NCBI GenBank assembly: GCA_036785375.1
Contig: JAWMAR010000446.1
Location: 248,001-312,000 of the forward strand
Source: Leucoraja ocellata
Taxonomy: Eukaryota
Reading direction: 5' to 3'
DNA length: 64,000 bases
Of the stretch, positions 62,155 to 64,000 are shown one piece after another (positions within the stretch are counted from its first letter, which is position 1; the number at the start of each line of letters is the position of its first letter). Both the position numbers and the translations under genes were made by a program. Below the pieces are notes generated by a model, which was not told the DNA's origin, searched no databases, and was given only the letters and a program-made list of their open reading frames with translations.

Positions 62155-64000
62155 TATCTTTATTGTCATTGCACAGAGGTACAACAAGATTTGGAATTTA
62201 ACTTATATCCGATGTAATAACTTAATTAGCTAAAAATGTAGACACAGAGAAACAAGATAAAAAAAAACAGTTAAAGCAGTATAAAGTGCAAATAGGTCTG
62301 TGCCGGGTCGATGTGTGATGTGGCCATCCGAGGGAGACAGTTCATGGGGGAGGGGGGGGGGGGCACTCAGCAGGACCGGTTCAGAGCATCTATAGCTCTG
62401 GGGATGAAGCTGTTCCTAAGTCTGGAGGTAGAAGGCCTTGTAACGTCTGCCGGAAGGTAAAAGTTCGAACAGACTATTGCAAGGGTGTGAGGAGTCTTTA
62501 TGAATGCTGACGGCCTTCCTGAGGCACCGTGTACTGTAGATGCCCTCCAAGGCTGGTACCTGTGTCTCAATTATCTTCTGCAGTCTGTGGACAACCCGCT
62601 GAAGAGCTCTCTTCACCGCCTCCCTGCAACTGAGATACCACACAGAGACGCCACATGTTAGTATGCTCTCTGTGGTGCAGCGGTAGAAGGTTGTCAGCAG
62701 CTGTTGGGGCAGACCAGTCTTTTTCAGTGTTCTCAGGAAGAACAGTCATTGCTGTGCCTTCTTGACCAGCGCATGGTGGACCATGTGAGGTCCTCCGAAA
62801 TGTGGGTGCCCAGAAACCCGAAGCTGGACACTCTCTCCACACTGTCCCCGTTGATAAAGATTGGAGCGTATTCCCCATTATGTGACCTTCTGAAGCTGAT
62901 GATCAGCTCCTTGGTCTTAGAGGTGTTTAGGGACAGGTTGTTATCTGTGCACCAGTCCGCCAGGTTCTGCACCTTGTGTGTTTCATCGCCGTTGGTAATC
63001 AGCCCGATCACCATTGTGTCATTTGCAAACTTGACATGGTGTTGGTGTCGAATGCAGGAACACAGTCGTGTGTGAAGAGGTAGAGCATGGAGCTCAGTAC
63101 ACAGCCCTGTGGTGTGCCGGTGCTCAGAGTGATAGTGAAGGACAGGTGCGGGCCCAGTCTCACTGCCTGCGGGCGCTCCATCGGGAAATTCAGGATCCAG
63201 TCGCATATCGACGAGCTGAGCCCTAACTGGTGGAGTTTGGTGGTGAGCTTGGTGGGGATGACCGTGTTGAAGGCAGAGCTATAGTCTATGAAAAGCATCC
63301 TCACGAACGTGCCCTGTCTGTCCAGGTGAGTCAGGACAGTGTGAAGAGCCAGAGAGATGGCATCCTCTGTTGATCTATTTGCCCTGTATGCAAATTGATA
63401 AGAGTCCAGTGAGGCAGGGATGCTGAATTTGATGTGTGAGAGGACCAGCCTTTCATGGTTATTGGTGTTAAGGCAACCAGACGGTAGTCGTTCAGGTTGG
63501 TGATTTTTGTCTTTTTCGGCACAATCTTTATAGTACCCTTCCTTGGACTCCGTCTGGGCCTGCAGCCTTGCGTGGATTGATCCTACGCAGAGCACACTGT
63601 ACCTCCTGAGTGCTCAATGTTAAGGCCTGTCCCTCCGCCATGGCCGGGGTTATTCCACTCCTGGTGGTGTTGCCAGTTTCGAAGCGGGCAAAGAAGGTGT
63701 TCAGTTTGTTGGCCGGTGTGATATCACCGTGGGGGCAGGCTGGGCTGCTCTTGTAGTCAGTGATGTCCCTGACACCCCGCCACATGCTTCTGGTGTCCGC
63801 GGTATTGAAGTGGTCTTCCACCCTTTGCCTGTCGATGTCTTTGGCCCCTTTGATACCTTAGTTCAGGTTCGACCTGGCAGCGCTGTATGCTGAAGTATCA
63901 CCGCATTTAAAGGCGTTGTTGTGTGCCCTTAGCAAAATTCTGTACCTCCTTGTACATCCACGGTTTCCGGTTTGGGAACATCTTTATTTGCTTGTCCACT
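62112..64000 (-). mobile_element. Rex1/Babar LINE, decayed, extends past window end
   Basis: Frameshifted pieces [71 protein letters not shown]. (TTA)n tail at 62112-62153. Confidence 0.9.

Overview
Repeat-dense, apparently non-coding vertebrate DNA, either a large intron or a gene desert. The repeat inventory (HE1-type V-SINEs, CR1/HER1 LINEs, very abundant Penelope-like ends) points to a cartilaginous fish, probably a skate or ray; this is an inference. No host protein-coding exon could be recognised, and all convincing ORFs come from retroelements or transposons: CR1, Rex1/Babar (one long uninterrupted RT frame), L1, RTE, Penelope GIY-YIG and a Tc1 DD34E transposase. Also present are PIF/Harbinger and hAT MITEs, a cluster of non-autonomous Helitrons, and two assembly gaps. 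The most striking signal is two copies (36619-36751 and 54709-54843, minus strand) of a ~135-bp TSD-flanked retroposon. Its first 54 nt fold by hand into a complete minimal HDV/CPEB3-like double-pseudoknot ribozyme, and the predicted cleavage site coincides with the element's 5' end. A second ribozyme class is also present: minimal hammerhead cores in the many Penelope-derived ends. Repeat boundaries lacking TSD or TIR evidence are approximate. All folds are by hand, and no database search was run.
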